The translations under genes and the position numbers were made by a program. Positions 22,052-32,659 of a DNA stretch of 64,000 nucleotides are shown piece by piece (the first letter of the stretch is position 1; each line of letters opens with the position of its first letter). The notes below the pieces were generated by a model. The model was not told the DNA's origin. It did no database searches and worked only from the letters and a program-made list of their open reading frames with translations. This DNA comes from Promethearchaeia archaeon (GTDB lineage: Archaea; Asgardarchaeota; Lokiarchaeia; Sigyniarchaeales; SOKP01): NCBI GenBank assembly GCA_029856155.1, contig JAHQWL010000103.1, positions 1 to 64,000 of the forward strand, written 5' to 3'.

Positions 22052-23041
22052 ATGAAAATAGGATCAATTAATTTAGAAAATAGATATATATTAGCGCCTA
22101 TGCTAAATGTTACAACCGCTCCTTATCGGAGATTTTGCAGAAAACTTCAAAAAATTGGTTTAGTCTATATTCCTATGCTATATACAAAAAAAATTGAAAA
22201 AAATCCTAAATCTGTAGAAATAGATTTGCTCAAAATTGAAGAGGAAACCCCTATTGGTGTTCAATTAATTGGTTCAGATCCTAAAGCATTGAAAAGGAGT
22301 ATAGATTATCTTAATAGCTATAAGTTTGAAATATTAGATTTAAATGCTGGATGTCCCTCAAAAAGAGCTATTAAAGCTCAAGAAGGGGGATTTTTAATGA
22401 AGGATTTAGAAAAGTTGAGTATTTTAATTAAAACTGCTGTAAAATATTCTTCTAGACCAGTATCGCTAAAAATTAGAACTGGTTTCGAAAAACCCGTCAA
22501 AATTGAAAAATTGGCTCAATTAATAAATGATTCTGGAATATCTTTGTTAACAATTCATGCTCGCACTGTTTTAAGTAAGTTTTATGGTGATACATTGGAT
22601 TTAGATATAGTAAAAGGCTTAAAGGAAAGATTGAAAATACCTGTAGTTGGAAATGGTGATATTATCAACCCAGTTAGTGCTAAGCATTTTATAGAATATA
22701 CTAATGTTGATGCGTTCATGATTGGAAGAGAATCCATGGGAAATCCTGAAATCTTTAACCAGATTCATGAGTATTTAGTAAATAATAAGAAGGTTTCTTT
22801 CATAAATAACAGAAATATGATGGAAAAAAAGTTGGAAATTTATGAGAATACAATTGACGAGTTCCTTAATGGAATAACACATCCATTAGGTAATCAAGAA
22901 ATAAAGTTTATTGAATTAAAAAGAAATGCTATATGGTTATCCAAAAATATTGATAATTCGACAAAAATTAGATATCAATTAAGTAAATCCAAAACTCTTA
23001 TTCAACTTAAAGAGACTTTAAGTAACTTTTTTAGTCCTTAA
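22052..23041 (+). CDS. dus: tRNA-dihydrouridine synthase family protein
   Basis: LAPM, VQLIG, DLNAGCP, SLKIRTG, IHART, GNGDI, MIGR. Confidence 0.93.
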   Translation: MKIGSINLENRYILAPMLNVTTAPYRRFCRKLQKIGLVYIPMLYTKKIEKNPKSVEIDLLKIEEETPIGVQLIGSDPKALKRSIDYLNSYKFEILDLNAGCPSKRAIKAQEGGFLMKDLEKLSILIKTAVKYSSRPVSLKIRTGFEKPVKIEKLAQLINDSGISLLTIHARTVLSKFYGDTLDLDIVKGLKERLKIPVVGNGDIINPVSAKHFIEYTNVDAFMIGRESMGNPEIFNQIHEYLVNNKKVSFINNRNMMEKKLEIYENTIDEFLNGITHPLGNQEIKFIELKRNAIWLSKNIDNSTKIRYQLSKSKTLIQLKETLSNFFSP

Positions 23042-23072
23042 TCTTAAAAAAATTAAAGTTTTCAAAAATGTT

Positions 23073-23300
23073 TTAGATTTTTTTAATGAAATATAAAGAA
23101 ATCAACAAGCATGCCAACACTCCACCAAAAATAGAAGAAACTATTAAAATCAAACTAATAATTTCAATAGCAGATAGAAAAAGTGGACTTCCAGAATAAT
23201 ATGCATTTGCCACTACTGAAACAATGATAAATATTAATAGACATAATATCGTTAATACGATACAAAGTAAACCTATTTGAAGATATTTCTTTCTTTCCAT
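23073..23300 (-). CDS. Small two-TM membrane protein
   Basis: Two hydrophobic helices. Confidence 0.55.
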   Translation of the reverse strand: MERKKYLQIGLLCIVLTILCLLIFIIVSVVANAYYSGSPLFLSAIEIISLILIVSSIFGGVLACLLISLYFIKKI

Positions 23301-23344
23301 TAGATAAACCTTAGAAAATCTGTAAAGAAAATAATTTTGTATGA

Positions 23345-24367
23345 TTATTTATACTTTTTCAAAAGTTCTTCCGGTGTATAAACGCCATCCTCAGTAATTA
23401 TTCCCGAAACAAGTCTGAAAGGTGTTATATCAAATGCATAATTCAAGCACTCTACACCATCAGGAACGATTTGAACCTTTCCTAAAACATTACTAACTTC
23501 TGAGCTGTCTCTTTCTTCAATGGTTACATCTTTAACAGTTTCATGAAGGGATAAAGTCGATGTTGGTGCTGCAACATAAAAAGGAATGTCATTATCTTTC
23601 GCAGCTAAAGCAACCAAATACGTACCTATCTTATTGAACACTGCATCTGAAGTTACTCTATCTGTCCCAACAATTACTTTGTTTATTTTTCCAAGTCTCA
23701 TAATTAATCCTGAAGACGTATCTGAAATAACTTTTACGGGGATTTTATCATATTGTAATTCATAAGCAGTCAATCTCGCTCCTTGTAACCGGGGTCTAGT
23801 CTCATCAGCAATAACTTGTATTTCCTTTCCTTCCTCTATTGCAGCTCTTATTGGCGCTAAGGCAGTACCATATTGAACAGTTGCTAGAGAACCTGCATTA
23901 CAATGAGTCAAAACAGTATCACCATCTTCGAGTAATGCAGCACCATTCTTACCAATTCTTTTATTTACGTTAATGTCCTCTTGAGCCATAAGTTGTGCTT
24001 CTTCAACAACTAAGTCAGAAAGCATTGGCGGTTCATCTGGGTATGTTGAAAGTATATCCCAAATCCTATTAACCGCCCAAAATAGATTTGAAGCAGTGGG
24101 TCTAGTACTTCTAATAAGGTTTGCGGCTTCCTCCATTTTTTCTAAAAACTTTTCTTTAGGAAGTTCCTTATATTCTATGGTAGCTAACGCCATGCCCATT
24201 GCAGCAGCAACACCTATCGCAGGAGCTCCTCGTATATTCATCACTTTAATCGAAGTAGCAACATCTCTATAATTCTCAAACTCTAAGAATTTTAATTCAT
24301 GGGGCAATATAGTTTGATCAATCATTTTAACTCTATTTTCCACTGTCCATTCTATCGACGGAATCAT
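23345..24367 (-). CDS. mtnA: S-methyl-5-thioribose-1-phosphate isomerase
   Basis: IRGAPAIG, RPTASNL, THCNAGSLAT, ETRPRLQG, NKIGTY. Confidence 0.93.
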   Translation of the reverse strand: MIPSIEWTVENRVKMIDQTILPHELKFLEFENYRDVATSIKVMNIRGAPAIGVAAAMGMALATIEYKELPKEKFLEKMEEAANLIRSTRPTASNLFWAVNRIWDILSTYPDEPPMLSDLVVEEAQLMAQEDINVNKRIGKNGAALLEDGDTVLTHCNAGSLATVQYGTALAPIRAAIEEGKEIQVIADETRPRLQGARLTAYELQYDKIPVKVISDTSSGLIMRLGKINKVIVGTDRVTSDAVFNKIGTYLVALAAKDNDIPFYVAAPTSTLSLHETVKDVTIEERDSSEVSNVLGKVQIVPDGVECLNYAFDITPFRLVSGIITEDGVYTPEELLKKYK

Positions 24368-24519
24368 AATAATTTAAAATATTGCAAGCTTTAAAAAAGT
24401 AAATTAGATTTTAGGTTACTTCGAAAACAATATTATTCTAAACCTTGGTGTTTTAAATATCTGAAATTGTACTAGAAAGAGAAAATTTAAGGATTAGAGT
24501 AGCAGAACAAGATAACTTA

Positions 24520-26853
24520 ATGAGAGAATTTATTGAGATTAAGGATGGAAATAAGTGGCTTCCTATTCTCAGCAATTTGGAAGGATATAGTACATTAACA
24601 TTTTGGCGAAGGAATGAAATTTTTTCAAAAAAAGTTCTTTTTGACAAAAGAAAAAAGAAAAAATTATATTATCAATTATTAGATGAATTTATTTCGCTCA
24701 ACTTAGACTATTGTCTTGAAGAAAATAATATTCTCCATATTAGGTATAAAATGTCTACGAATAGGGATTTAAAGTTATCAAAAATTGCTGTTTATTATAA
24801 GATCTTATTAGGAAAAGATCCTGACTTTACATGGGTTCCACATATCCGACCTAAAAGTAATTTAGTAATAGGAGATCACATCTTTCGATCTCCTGTAATC
24901 ATTTATAAAAAGAATAATATCGCATTTGCTTTTATACCAGATTTAAAAACAATTGGGCAGAATAGACCGTTCCAAACGTATTTAGATTTTAATCTAAATC
25001 AAACCAATTCTAGTCAAGATCCTTATATTGCTTTTGGCTTTGGAAATTATAAACCTTATAAGCACATATATTTCAAACACTTTCCAAATAAAGAATGGAA
25101 CATTAAACCAGATACTGATTTAACATTTAGATTCTATATTATTTCTTTTGTAAATAAAACTATTTCAGAGATTTTAGCTTTTATTAATGATTTCTTCTGG
25201 AAGAAATATATTAGGAAAAATTTATATCATAACCTTGAACCACAAATATTACCTTATGACATTAATGTTAAAGAGAGTTTTAATGCTATTTTTGAACGTC
25301 ATAAATACTGGGGTAATTTAAAAATCAATAACATTGAATGTGGAGGATTTTGGGGGCCTTCATGGTTAGGAAAGGAAAAACTTCCTCTTAAATTTATTAG
25401 TAAAACAGAGATTAATGAATATCTTCAAACTAATTCTAAAAGACATAGAATAGCAGTAATCTTTAATACTGCTTGGTTTTTAAATATCAGATCTGCATAT
25501 GGTTTACGTTATTTTGGTGAAATTTGGAAAGATTCAGAGCTGGTGGAAAAAAGTAATAAAATGCTAAACTTAGTACTAGAATTGCCAAGAACTAAAGGAG
25601 TGTTTCCAAGTTTAGTTTTACCAAAATCACCAAACACCAGTGAATTTTCAACCGCTAAGGGTGTAAAAGCTTGGTGGCATATTAATTATTATAATCTAGT
25701 TGATACATCATTAGCATTATATTGGGCTTTAAAATTTTCAAGAGATTTTAGTATAAAATTGGATTTAGTAGAAGAAAAGAGCAAAGAATTCGTAGATTTG
25801 TTAGAAGAAATTCAATTAGATAATGGTTCAATACCTATTTTTATAGACTTCAATAAAGACGATCAACTAGAAATAGATAATGATTTAATAAACTCTGCTA
25901 GTTCTGGTGCGTACTTAATGCTTTTAACAGAATATTATGAAATTTCGAAAGATACACGTATAATTCAAATTTGTGAAAAAATTTCTGATTTTATCAAAAA
26001 GGAAATAATTCCAGAGGATAAATGGCACGATTTCGAAGCTTTTTACTCATGTACTTATTATAGTTTAGTAGATTATGATAATTTTACGAAAAGCAATATT
26101 ATGAACAATTTATGCATTTATTGGTGTGCAGAAGGATTCTTAGGACTCTATAGGATAACGAAGATAAAAAAATATCTAAATATAGGGGAGAGAATTCTCG
26201 CGATTTTATCATTATTTCAACAAGTTTGGGACATGCCTTATATTAGCTATAACACGTTTGGAGGTTTTGGTTCACAAAATGATGATGCCGAATTAGGCGA
26301 TGCCAGACAAGCATTATTTGTTAAAACATATTTACAATATTATTTAGAAACTGGAAATGAAGAATATATGGAAAGAGGAATTTCTGCGCTAAGGGCAAGT
26401 TGGGCACTCCAGCTTTTGAGCGAATATAAAGAAGTTAGTCCCGGAAACCTAAAGGGTGTTGAAACGATTGATGATATTGATAGGGGCTGTATAAGCGAAA
26501 ATTATGGTCATTCAGGTAGAGACGAAAGGATTCATAATTTTATTCTATTTGATTGGGGAAATGGAACTGCTGGCACTATAACCGCATATGTAAAAAAGCA
26601 TTTTGGAGATTTATATATAGATTTTAAAGAGCAATTTGTTTTTGGAATTGATGGACTTAATATAAAATCATTCTCTTTTCAAGAGGAAGAAGTTAATATT
26701 GAATTAGAAAAAATTGAAGGAAAGGATAATATTTTAATCAAGTGTCGAGAGACCCCTTCATACGGTTCTCATATTATTATTAACAGCATTAATTTAGGTA
26801 AAAAACAGAAGTTTGAGTTAGATAATGGATTTAAATATGAAATAATAATCTAA
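24520..26853 (+). CDS. Six-hairpin (alpha/alpha)6 glycosidase-like protein
   Basis: Repeated LLTEYYEISKD / GLYRITKIKKYL / YYLETGNEEYMERG helical hairpins; frame open from an ATA at 24457. Confidence 0.6.
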   Translation: MREFIEIKDGNKWLPILSNLEGYSTLTFWRRNEIFSKKVLFDKRKKKKLYYQLLDEFISLNLDYCLEENNILHIRYKMSTNRDLKLSKIAVYYKILLGKDPDFTWVPHIRPKSNLVIGDHIFRSPVIIYKKNNIAFAFIPDLKTIGQNRPFQTYLDFNLNQTNSSQDPYIAFGFGNYKPYKHIYFKHFPNKEWNIKPDTDLTFRFYIISFVNKTISEILAFINDFFWKKYIRKNLYHNLEPQILPYDINVKESFNAIFERHKYWGNLKINNIECGGFWGPSWLGKEKLPLKFISKTEINEYLQTNSKRHRIAVIFNTAWFLNIRSAYGLRYFGEIWKDSELVEKSNKMLNLVLELPRTKGVFPSLVLPKSPNTSEFSTAKGVKAWWHINYYNLVDTSLALYWALKFSRDFSIKLDLVEEKSKEFVDLLEEIQLDNGSIPIFIDFNKDDQLEIDNDLINSASSGAYLMLLTEYYEISKDTRIIQICEKISDFIKKEIIPEDKWHDFEAFYSCTYYSLVDYDNFTKSNIMNNLCIYWCAEGFLGLYRITKIKKYLNIGERILAILSLFQQVWDMPYISYNTFGGFGSQNDDAELGDARQALFVKTYLQYYLETGNEEYMERGISALRASWALQLLSEYKEVSPGNLKGVETIDDIDRGCISENYGHSGRDERIHNFILFDWGNGTAGTITAYVKKHFGDLYIDFKEQFVFGIDGLNIKSFSFQEEEVNIELEKIEGKDNILIKCRETPSYGSHIIINSINLGKKQKFELDNGFKYEIII

Positions 26854-26862
26854 TATTTTAAT

Positions 26863-27753
26863 ATGCCTTTAGAGTTAAGTGAAAAGAGACCTATTATAAA
26901 ATCTCCAATAATCTCATGTTCTCGAAGAACGGATATTCCTGCTTTTTTAATGGGTTGGGTTATAAAAACCATTGAAATGGGATATGTAGACGTGACCAAT
27001 CCATTTAATCGAAAACAAATTTCAAGAATATCATTAAAACCTGAAGATGTAAAATGTTGGGTTTGGTGGAGTAAAAATTTCGGAGAATGGATTAAGTCAT
27101 ATGAAAATAACACTAATCTTTTTAATTCATATAAAGGTCATTCATTCCAATTTACGATAAATTCTCCGTCTGAGTTAGAAAAAAATGTAAATATTTCCTT
27201 AGAAGATAGATTTAAGCAACTAGAATGGTTAATAAAAGAATTTGGTTTACTAGCAGTTAATTTTAGGTTTGACCCAATAATCTTGTATAAAAAACATAAT
27301 TCAAACAAAATTCTAAGTAATTTAGATAAATTTGAATACATCATCAAAAATGTTTCTGCATTTGGTTTGAAGGAAATGATTTTTTCTTTCGCGACAATCT
27401 ATTCAAAAGTAAAAACTCGAATGCATGCTCGAGGATATATACCAATTGATCCCTCATTTGAAAAAAAAAGAGAGATTCTCAATAATATAATGGAAATTTG
27501 TAATAAATATGATATTAACATGAAAGCTTGTTGTCAACCAGATTTACTTGAAATAGAGGGTATTGAACAAGCGCATTGTATTGACGCTTATAGAATCGAA
27601 AAGATTGTGGGGGAACAGATTCCTAAAATTAAGGATACTGGACAAAGAAATAATTGTGGCTGTTTTAAATCTAAAGATATTGGTGGATATTCAGGGATTT
27701 TCCGTTGTAGACATAACTGTGCTTATTGTTATGCCTCTCCAGCAAAGAGATAA
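26863..27753 (+). CDS. DUF1848-family protein (radical-SAM/SP-lyase-like)
   Basis: ISCSRRTDIPAF, RFDPI, C-terminal CGCFKSKDIG...CRHNCAYCYA. Confidence 0.88.
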   Translation: MPLELSEKRPIIKSPIISCSRRTDIPAFLMGWVIKTIEMGYVDVTNPFNRKQISRISLKPEDVKCWVWWSKNFGEWIKSYENNTNLFNSYKGHSFQFTINSPSELEKNVNISLEDRFKQLEWLIKEFGLLAVNFRFDPIILYKKHNSNKILSNLDKFEYIIKNVSAFGLKEMIFSFATIYSKVKTRMHARGYIPIDPSFEKKREILNNIMEICNKYDINMKACCQPDLLEIEGIEQAHCIDAYRIEKIVGEQIPKIKDTGQRNNCGCFKSKDIGGYSGIFRCRHNCAYCYASPAKR

Positions 27754-27764
27754 TAGATTAGGTA

Positions 27765-28220
27765 CTACTTTTGTATATCAGAGAAATATTTATGTAATTC
27801 CCAGAAGGGAGGAACAACTCCGAGTTCAAAAAATATATCATAAAAGCAAAACATACCCCATTGATCGAAAATTTTACCTTCAGAGTTTATATATAATATT
27901 GTTGCGCCCTCAAATGTTATTTTTTTCTTAGTAGGTTCGAAACCCCATCCCTTCCCCAGGTGTGTACCATGTCCTTTGTAACGAACCCAGACTTTATCTT
28001 CTTCTCCTCTTATTTCAACTATTTCATAATATAAATCGGGAAACATAGTACGAAAATGTGTGATTTCATGCTTAATTTGAGCTGGACCTATCTTATCTAT
28101 CTGAATCCAACTCGGATTATATTTAGGATCAATAATTTCATCAGCAATAGCTAGATCTGGCTTACTCCACATCACTTCAAAAAATAATTTTGCGATTTTT
28201 TCAGTCTTTTCAATCTTCAT
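27765..28220 (-). CDS. SnoaL-like ester cyclase (NTF2 fold)
   Basis: FPDLYYEI...EEDKVWVRY.G.GTHLG...PT.KK. Confidence 0.85.
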   Translation of the reverse strand: MKIEKTEKIAKLFFEVMWSKPDLAIADEIIDPKYNPSWIQIDKIGPAQIKHEITHFRTMFPDLYYEIVEIRGEEDKVWVRYKGHGTHLGKGWGFEPTKKKITFEGATILYINSEGKIFDQWGMFCFYDIFFELGVVPPFWELHKYFSDIQK

Positions 28221-28394
28221 TTTATATCGTAATTAATTAACTTTTTAAATAAAAAATAGAGTTATAAATTTTAATAAAATCTAATATATTGAATATTAAA
28301 GAAAAACCAAAATAATTATTTAGTAAAAATTTTTCAATTCTGATATTATAGTTCATATTAATGTTGAGGTTTTAAAGAATATAGAGGTTATATT

Positions 28395-29279
28395 ATGCCA
28401 AAATGTAAATTTTACATCGTAGATGTGTTTGCTGAAAGGAAATTTGAAGGAAATCAGCTTGCTGTTTTCATTTGTGATGAAGTACTCTTCGAGGCGGAAA
28501 TGCAGAAAATTGCAAAAGAAATGAATTATTCTGAGACATCATTTATCACTTCAAAAGAAAATTATGATGTTCGTATTTTTACCCCAGAAGTTGAATTACC
28601 ATTTGCGGGACATCCAACAATAGGAACTGCTTATATTATTCAACAAGAATTAATAAAGGGGAGTGTTAAGACTATTCTTCTTAATCTTAAGATTGGTCCT
28701 ATCCCCGTATTATTTAAATATAAATCAGGAAAGCCTGATATCATATGGATGGAGCAAAATGCTCCTATATTCACTAGATTTTTTGACATTGAATTAATTT
28801 CACAAATATTAAATCTAAATGAAAGTGATATTGATGATAGATTTCCAATTCAAGAAGTTTCTACTGGGGGACCATTTATAATCGTACCATTAAAAACTTT
28901 AGATGCCTTGAAAAGAGCAAAAGTAGATGTTGATAAATGTTTTGATTTGATGGAGAACACTGAAGCAAAATCAATATTGATTTTTTGTCCTCAAGTACGT
29001 AATAAGGGAAATGATTTAAGTGTACGTGTTTTTGCTCATTATCATGGAATACCAGAAGATCCAGCAACAGGTTCAGGAAATGGATGTCTTGCCGCATATC
29101 TAGTAAATCATCAATATTTTATTAAAAATAGTATAAATATTAGAGTCGAGCAAGGATATGAAGTTGGACGCCCTTCATTGCTTTATTTAAAAGCAGAAAA
29201 AAGTGAGAGTGGAGCAATAAGTGTATCAGTGGGAGGAAAAGTTTTTCTCTCTGCCACAGGAGAATTATCAAATGACTGA
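28395..29279 (+). CDS. PhzF-family isomerase
   Basis: VDVF..GNQLAV, YSETSF, ELPFAGHPT, EDPATGSG, EQG. Confidence 0.92.
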   Translation: MPKCKFYIVDVFAERKFEGNQLAVFICDEVLFEAEMQKIAKEMNYSETSFITSKENYDVRIFTPEVELPFAGHPTIGTAYIIQQELIKGSVKTILLNLKIGPIPVLFKYKSGKPDIIWMEQNAPIFTRFFDIELISQILNLNESDIDDRFPIQEVSTGGPFIIVPLKTLDALKRAKVDVDKCFDLMENTEAKSILIFCPQVRNKGNDLSVRVFAHYHGIPEDPATGSGNGCLAAYLVNHQYFIKNSINIRVEQGYEVGRPSLLYLKAEKSESGAISVSVGGKVFLSATGELSND

Positions 29280-29307
29280 AAATAGTTTATTTTCAAAATT
29301 TAAAAGT

Positions 29308-30426
29308 TTAAACTTTAGTTCTATATGCTTTAACCATTTTTACTAACGCATTTACCTCTTTAGAATGAGAAAATAAGGCACATGGAGACCCGTCAGTTTC
29401 CAATAAATGTTCACTTTCTCGGATAATTTTAAATAGTTGGCTGTCCAATCCTTCCCTTAATGTATTTTTAGTCAAATTGTGAGTTGCTATGTTAGAAACA
29501 GGACAAGGTGTTAAATCTCCTAAAGGTGTTATATGAGCAAATCCTCTACCTGCTGATACACACCCTCCCATATATTCTTCATCTCCGGGAGAATGGATAA
29601 GAAATAATTGTTTTGTTTCACGATATTGTAAAACTTTTTCTCTAAATTCTTTACTTTCTTCATTAGTAAGCATTAATTCTATATCATTATCTACGGGAAT
29701 ATATTCAAGAAGGAAACCAAGACGTACCCCTTTAGAGATCAAGTCATCTACATTTTTTGAGTCCATCCAAAATTTAACATTTTTTCGGTTTATTGTCACT
29801 GAAATTCCACTAATCACTCCCTTGCTATCTAATTCGTTAATGAGATTAATACTTTTTTCATAAACTCCTAAACCTCTTCGTTCATCAGTTAAATCTTGAT
29901 CTCCTTCAATACTTACCATTATTATCGTATTTCTTAATCGTTTAAGTTTTTCAACATCTTGACTTTCTAAGATTGTTCCATTTGTGAAGATCAAGAACAA
30001 TCTATCTTTGAAGTCCTCACAAATTTTCAATAAATTTGGCATTAAAAAAGGCTCTCCGCCTGCTATTATGAAAGCAAAGACGCCTAGTTCTTTTGCTTCT
30101 TGAATTATTTTTATCCATTTTTCCAAATCCAAAGTGTTTCTTGATTTTTCGTTACATAGTGTGCCTGTTGCGGCAGCATAACAACCAACACATTTAAGAT
30201 TACAATTTGAAGTTATACTTAATATCAAAAATGGAGGTACTTTTAAACCATTTAGCTGCTCTTCTGCTCTGATTTTGCGGGATTTTCTATATGCTTTTGC
30301 TAGTTTCACCATTTTATACATACTTTTTGGATGCTTTAAAATCCAAGGCATAAAGATTTTTGCCATAGTGGGATCTACTTTCTTTAAAGTACGGTTTATA
30401 TAATTTTTATTTTTTTCGTCTATCAT
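29308..30426 (-). CDS. Radical SAM protein with Twitch/SPASM-like C-terminus
   Basis: CNLKCVGC, GGEP, GCVSAGRGFAHITPLGDLTPCP. Confidence 0.9.
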   Translation of the reverse strand: MIDEKNKNYINRTLKKVDPTMAKIFMPWILKHPKSMYKMVKLAKAYRKSRKIRAEEQLNGLKVPPFLILSITSNCNLKCVGCYAAATGTLCNEKSRNTLDLEKWIKIIQEAKELGVFAFIIAGGEPFLMPNLLKICEDFKDRLFLIFTNGTILESQDVEKLKRLRNTIIMVSIEGDQDLTDERRGLGVYEKSINLINELDSKGVISGISVTINRKNVKFWMDSKNVDDLISKGVRLGFLLEYIPVDNDIELMLTNEESKEFREKVLQYRETKQLFLIHSPGDEEYMGGCVSAGRGFAHITPLGDLTPCPVSNIATHNLTKNTLREGLDSQLFKIIRESEHLLETDGSPCALFSHSKEVNALVKMVKAYRTKV

Positions 30427-30683
30427 TTATTCCATTTTCCTTTATCTTATTTGACTAAAATTTACTAATTCTGTTTTATGATTATTAAAAAAAAGATGCT
30501 TAACATATAATTTCAGTAGTCCATTTTTTACTTATCAAAGAAAAATCGTGCTGCTACATAAATGTCTAATCAGAAACTTAATTCTATTAATTATGATATC
30601 CAATGAATTTATTATATTACTTTACATTTCGATAATTATATAAACGCCAAAGATTTTCTTGAAAATTTTAAAATTAAATAAAA

Positions 30684-31190
30684 ATGAATCCTAAATTTGA
30701 AGAATCCTCAAAAGAAAAATTACCTTTAGTTGGAATTGGTCCAAAAATTCTAATAGCAATTTGTCCTTTTTTTATTATATTTGGGATTTTAAGTTCAATT
30801 TATTATCCACTTTTTCAAATTCCGATAAGCTATTATGTATTGATTATTATTGGATCTACTTTAATAACAATTGGGATTTACGTGTTTATTTATTCCGAAA
30901 GAATTTTAAGTAAAGCTTATGGATCATCAGAATTAATTACTATAAAAACCTATGCATATGTGAGACATCCAATGTACGCTTCTTGGGGTTTGGCAATACT
31001 GCCAGGTATTTTCTGCCTAATAAATAGTTGGATCCTCTTTTTTATTCTTGTTATATATTATATACTAGTTAGAATTTTTCTTAAAAAGGAAGAAAGATAT
31101 TTACTGGAAAAATATGGTGAAAATTATACTCATTATAAAAATAATGTAAATGCTTTCTTTCCAAAACTGAAAAAATATAAACCAGAATGA
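30684..31190 (+). CDS. Isoprenylcysteine carboxylmethyltransferase (ICMT/PEMT)-family membrane protein
   Basis: YAYVRHPMY, EERYLLEKYGENY. Confidence 0.85.
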   Translation: MNPKFEESSKEKLPLVGIGPKILIAICPFFIIFGILSSIYYPLFQIPISYYVLIIIGSTLITIGIYVFIYSERILSKAYGSSELITIKTYAYVRHPMYASWGLAILPGIFCLINSWILFFILVIYYILVRIFLKKEERYLLEKYGENYTHYKNNVNAFFPKLKKYKPE

Positions 31191-31206
31191 ATTTAATAAA
31201 TACTTA

Positions 31207-32646
31207 ATGAATATCAAAGTAAAGTATGCTATTTTCACACTGGGGATAATTTTATTCCAGTCAATTTTAAAGGTAATAGGGGTATTACTCACTGGAAGTT
31301 TAAGCTTTTTATCTGAAACCGCAGATACTCTAATAGATATTCTATTTGTCTCAATCACTTTATATTCATTATATTACAGTCAAAAACCGGCGGATTATGA
31401 ACATATGTATGGACATAGTAAAATTGATTCTATTTCTGGATTGATTCAAGGTATTATATTGATGAATGTGTATGTAATATTGATTTATAATGCGATCCAA
31501 GTATTTATATCAAGTAGATTTGATGTTACAAACCCTGAAATTGGTTTAGTTATTTTAGTATGTTCTTTTTTTGTTAACTTTATTTTCTCAAGACTACTTG
31601 TTTCGAAAGGAAAGCAACAAAAGAGTATAACCATGGAAATTCAGGGTCTAAATTTGTTTCAGGATTCTATGAGAGCTATTATAGTCCTGTTAAGTTTTAT
31701 CTTTGCTTACTTTAATGTTATTTTTCTTGATCCAATTCTTAGCATTGTTGTTTCAGTTTGGATAATAATAGGTGCACTTAAATTGACTAAAGAAGGTGTT
31801 AAAGAACTCACAGACACGAATCCTATAAGTACAATTATAATTGAAGATTTAAGACAAAAAATTTTTGTTTTAGATCATGTTATTGGGGTAGAAAATATCA
31901 AAATAAGAACCAGTGGAAAAACATTATTCTTAGAAGTTTATTTATCAGTTGAAGATCACATTTCCATTATCCATGCAAATGAAATCATAAAGTCAATAAG
32001 GAGTATGAGTGAGAAGTTATTTCCCTTATATGAAGTAGAGTGTATTGTAGAAATGAATCCTATGGCCGGAGAGAAATCAATAGGAGAAGGATTAATAAAT
32101 CTAATTTTTTCAATGAAAACTGAATACCCCGAAATTTTAGATTTTAAAGATCTGAATATTTTTAGAATTGAGACTGAATATTTTATTTCTTTAATTGTTA
32201 TGGTCAACGAGAATCTTTCTCTTGCCGAAGCGCATAATATTTGCTCTAATTTCGAAAATGAGATAAAAAAGGAAGCTCCTTTAATATCGAGAGTGATAAC
32301 TCATATTGAAAGTCGGCCTTATAGTGTAGTTCTTGTCCCTAATCAATTAAAATGTACAGATGTAGGACCAGAAATGATCCAACAAATAAGTGAAGAAGTA
32401 GAAGAAGTGTTAAGAAAACATCCCCAAGTTAAAGGATATCATGGATTAGAATTTTGGGCTACGTCTGACTACTGCATTTTGGAAATTCATGTATTTTTTG
32501 ATGGTTCTCTAAATATTTCAAAAACTCATGATTATATAACTCAATTAGAAATTAAAATTAGACAAAAATTAGGGATAGATAACTTAGAAACAATTTTCCT
32601 TCATTCTGAACCGGTCGAAGGAAGGAAGGAAGGGATTATTTTTTAA
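31207..32646 (+). CDS. Cation diffusion facilitator with three tandem C-terminal dimerisation domains
   Basis: KPADYEHMYGHSK; three segments ending VEMNP, ITHIES and FLHSEP. Confidence 0.88.
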   Translation: MNIKVKYAIFTLGIILFQSILKVIGVLLTGSLSFLSETADTLIDILFVSITLYSLYYSQKPADYEHMYGHSKIDSISGLIQGIILMNVYVILIYNAIQVFISSRFDVTNPEIGLVILVCSFFVNFIFSRLLVSKGKQQKSITMEIQGLNLFQDSMRAIIVLLSFIFAYFNVIFLDPILSIVVSVWIIIGALKLTKEGVKELTDTNPISTIIIEDLRQKIFVLDHVIGVENIKIRTSGKTLFLEVYLSVEDHISIIHANEIIKSIRSMSEKLFPLYEVECIVEMNPMAGEKSIGEGLINLIFSMKTEYPEILDFKDLNIFRIETEYFISLIVMVNENLSLAEAHNICSNFENEIKKEAPLISRVITHIESRPYSVVLVPNQLKCTDVGPEMIQQISEEVEEVLRKHPQVKGYHGLEFWATSDYCILEIHVFFDGSLNISKTHDYITQLEIKIRQKLGIDNLETIFLHSEPVEGRKEGIIF

Positions 32647-32659
32647 AAGTAAATTTTTT

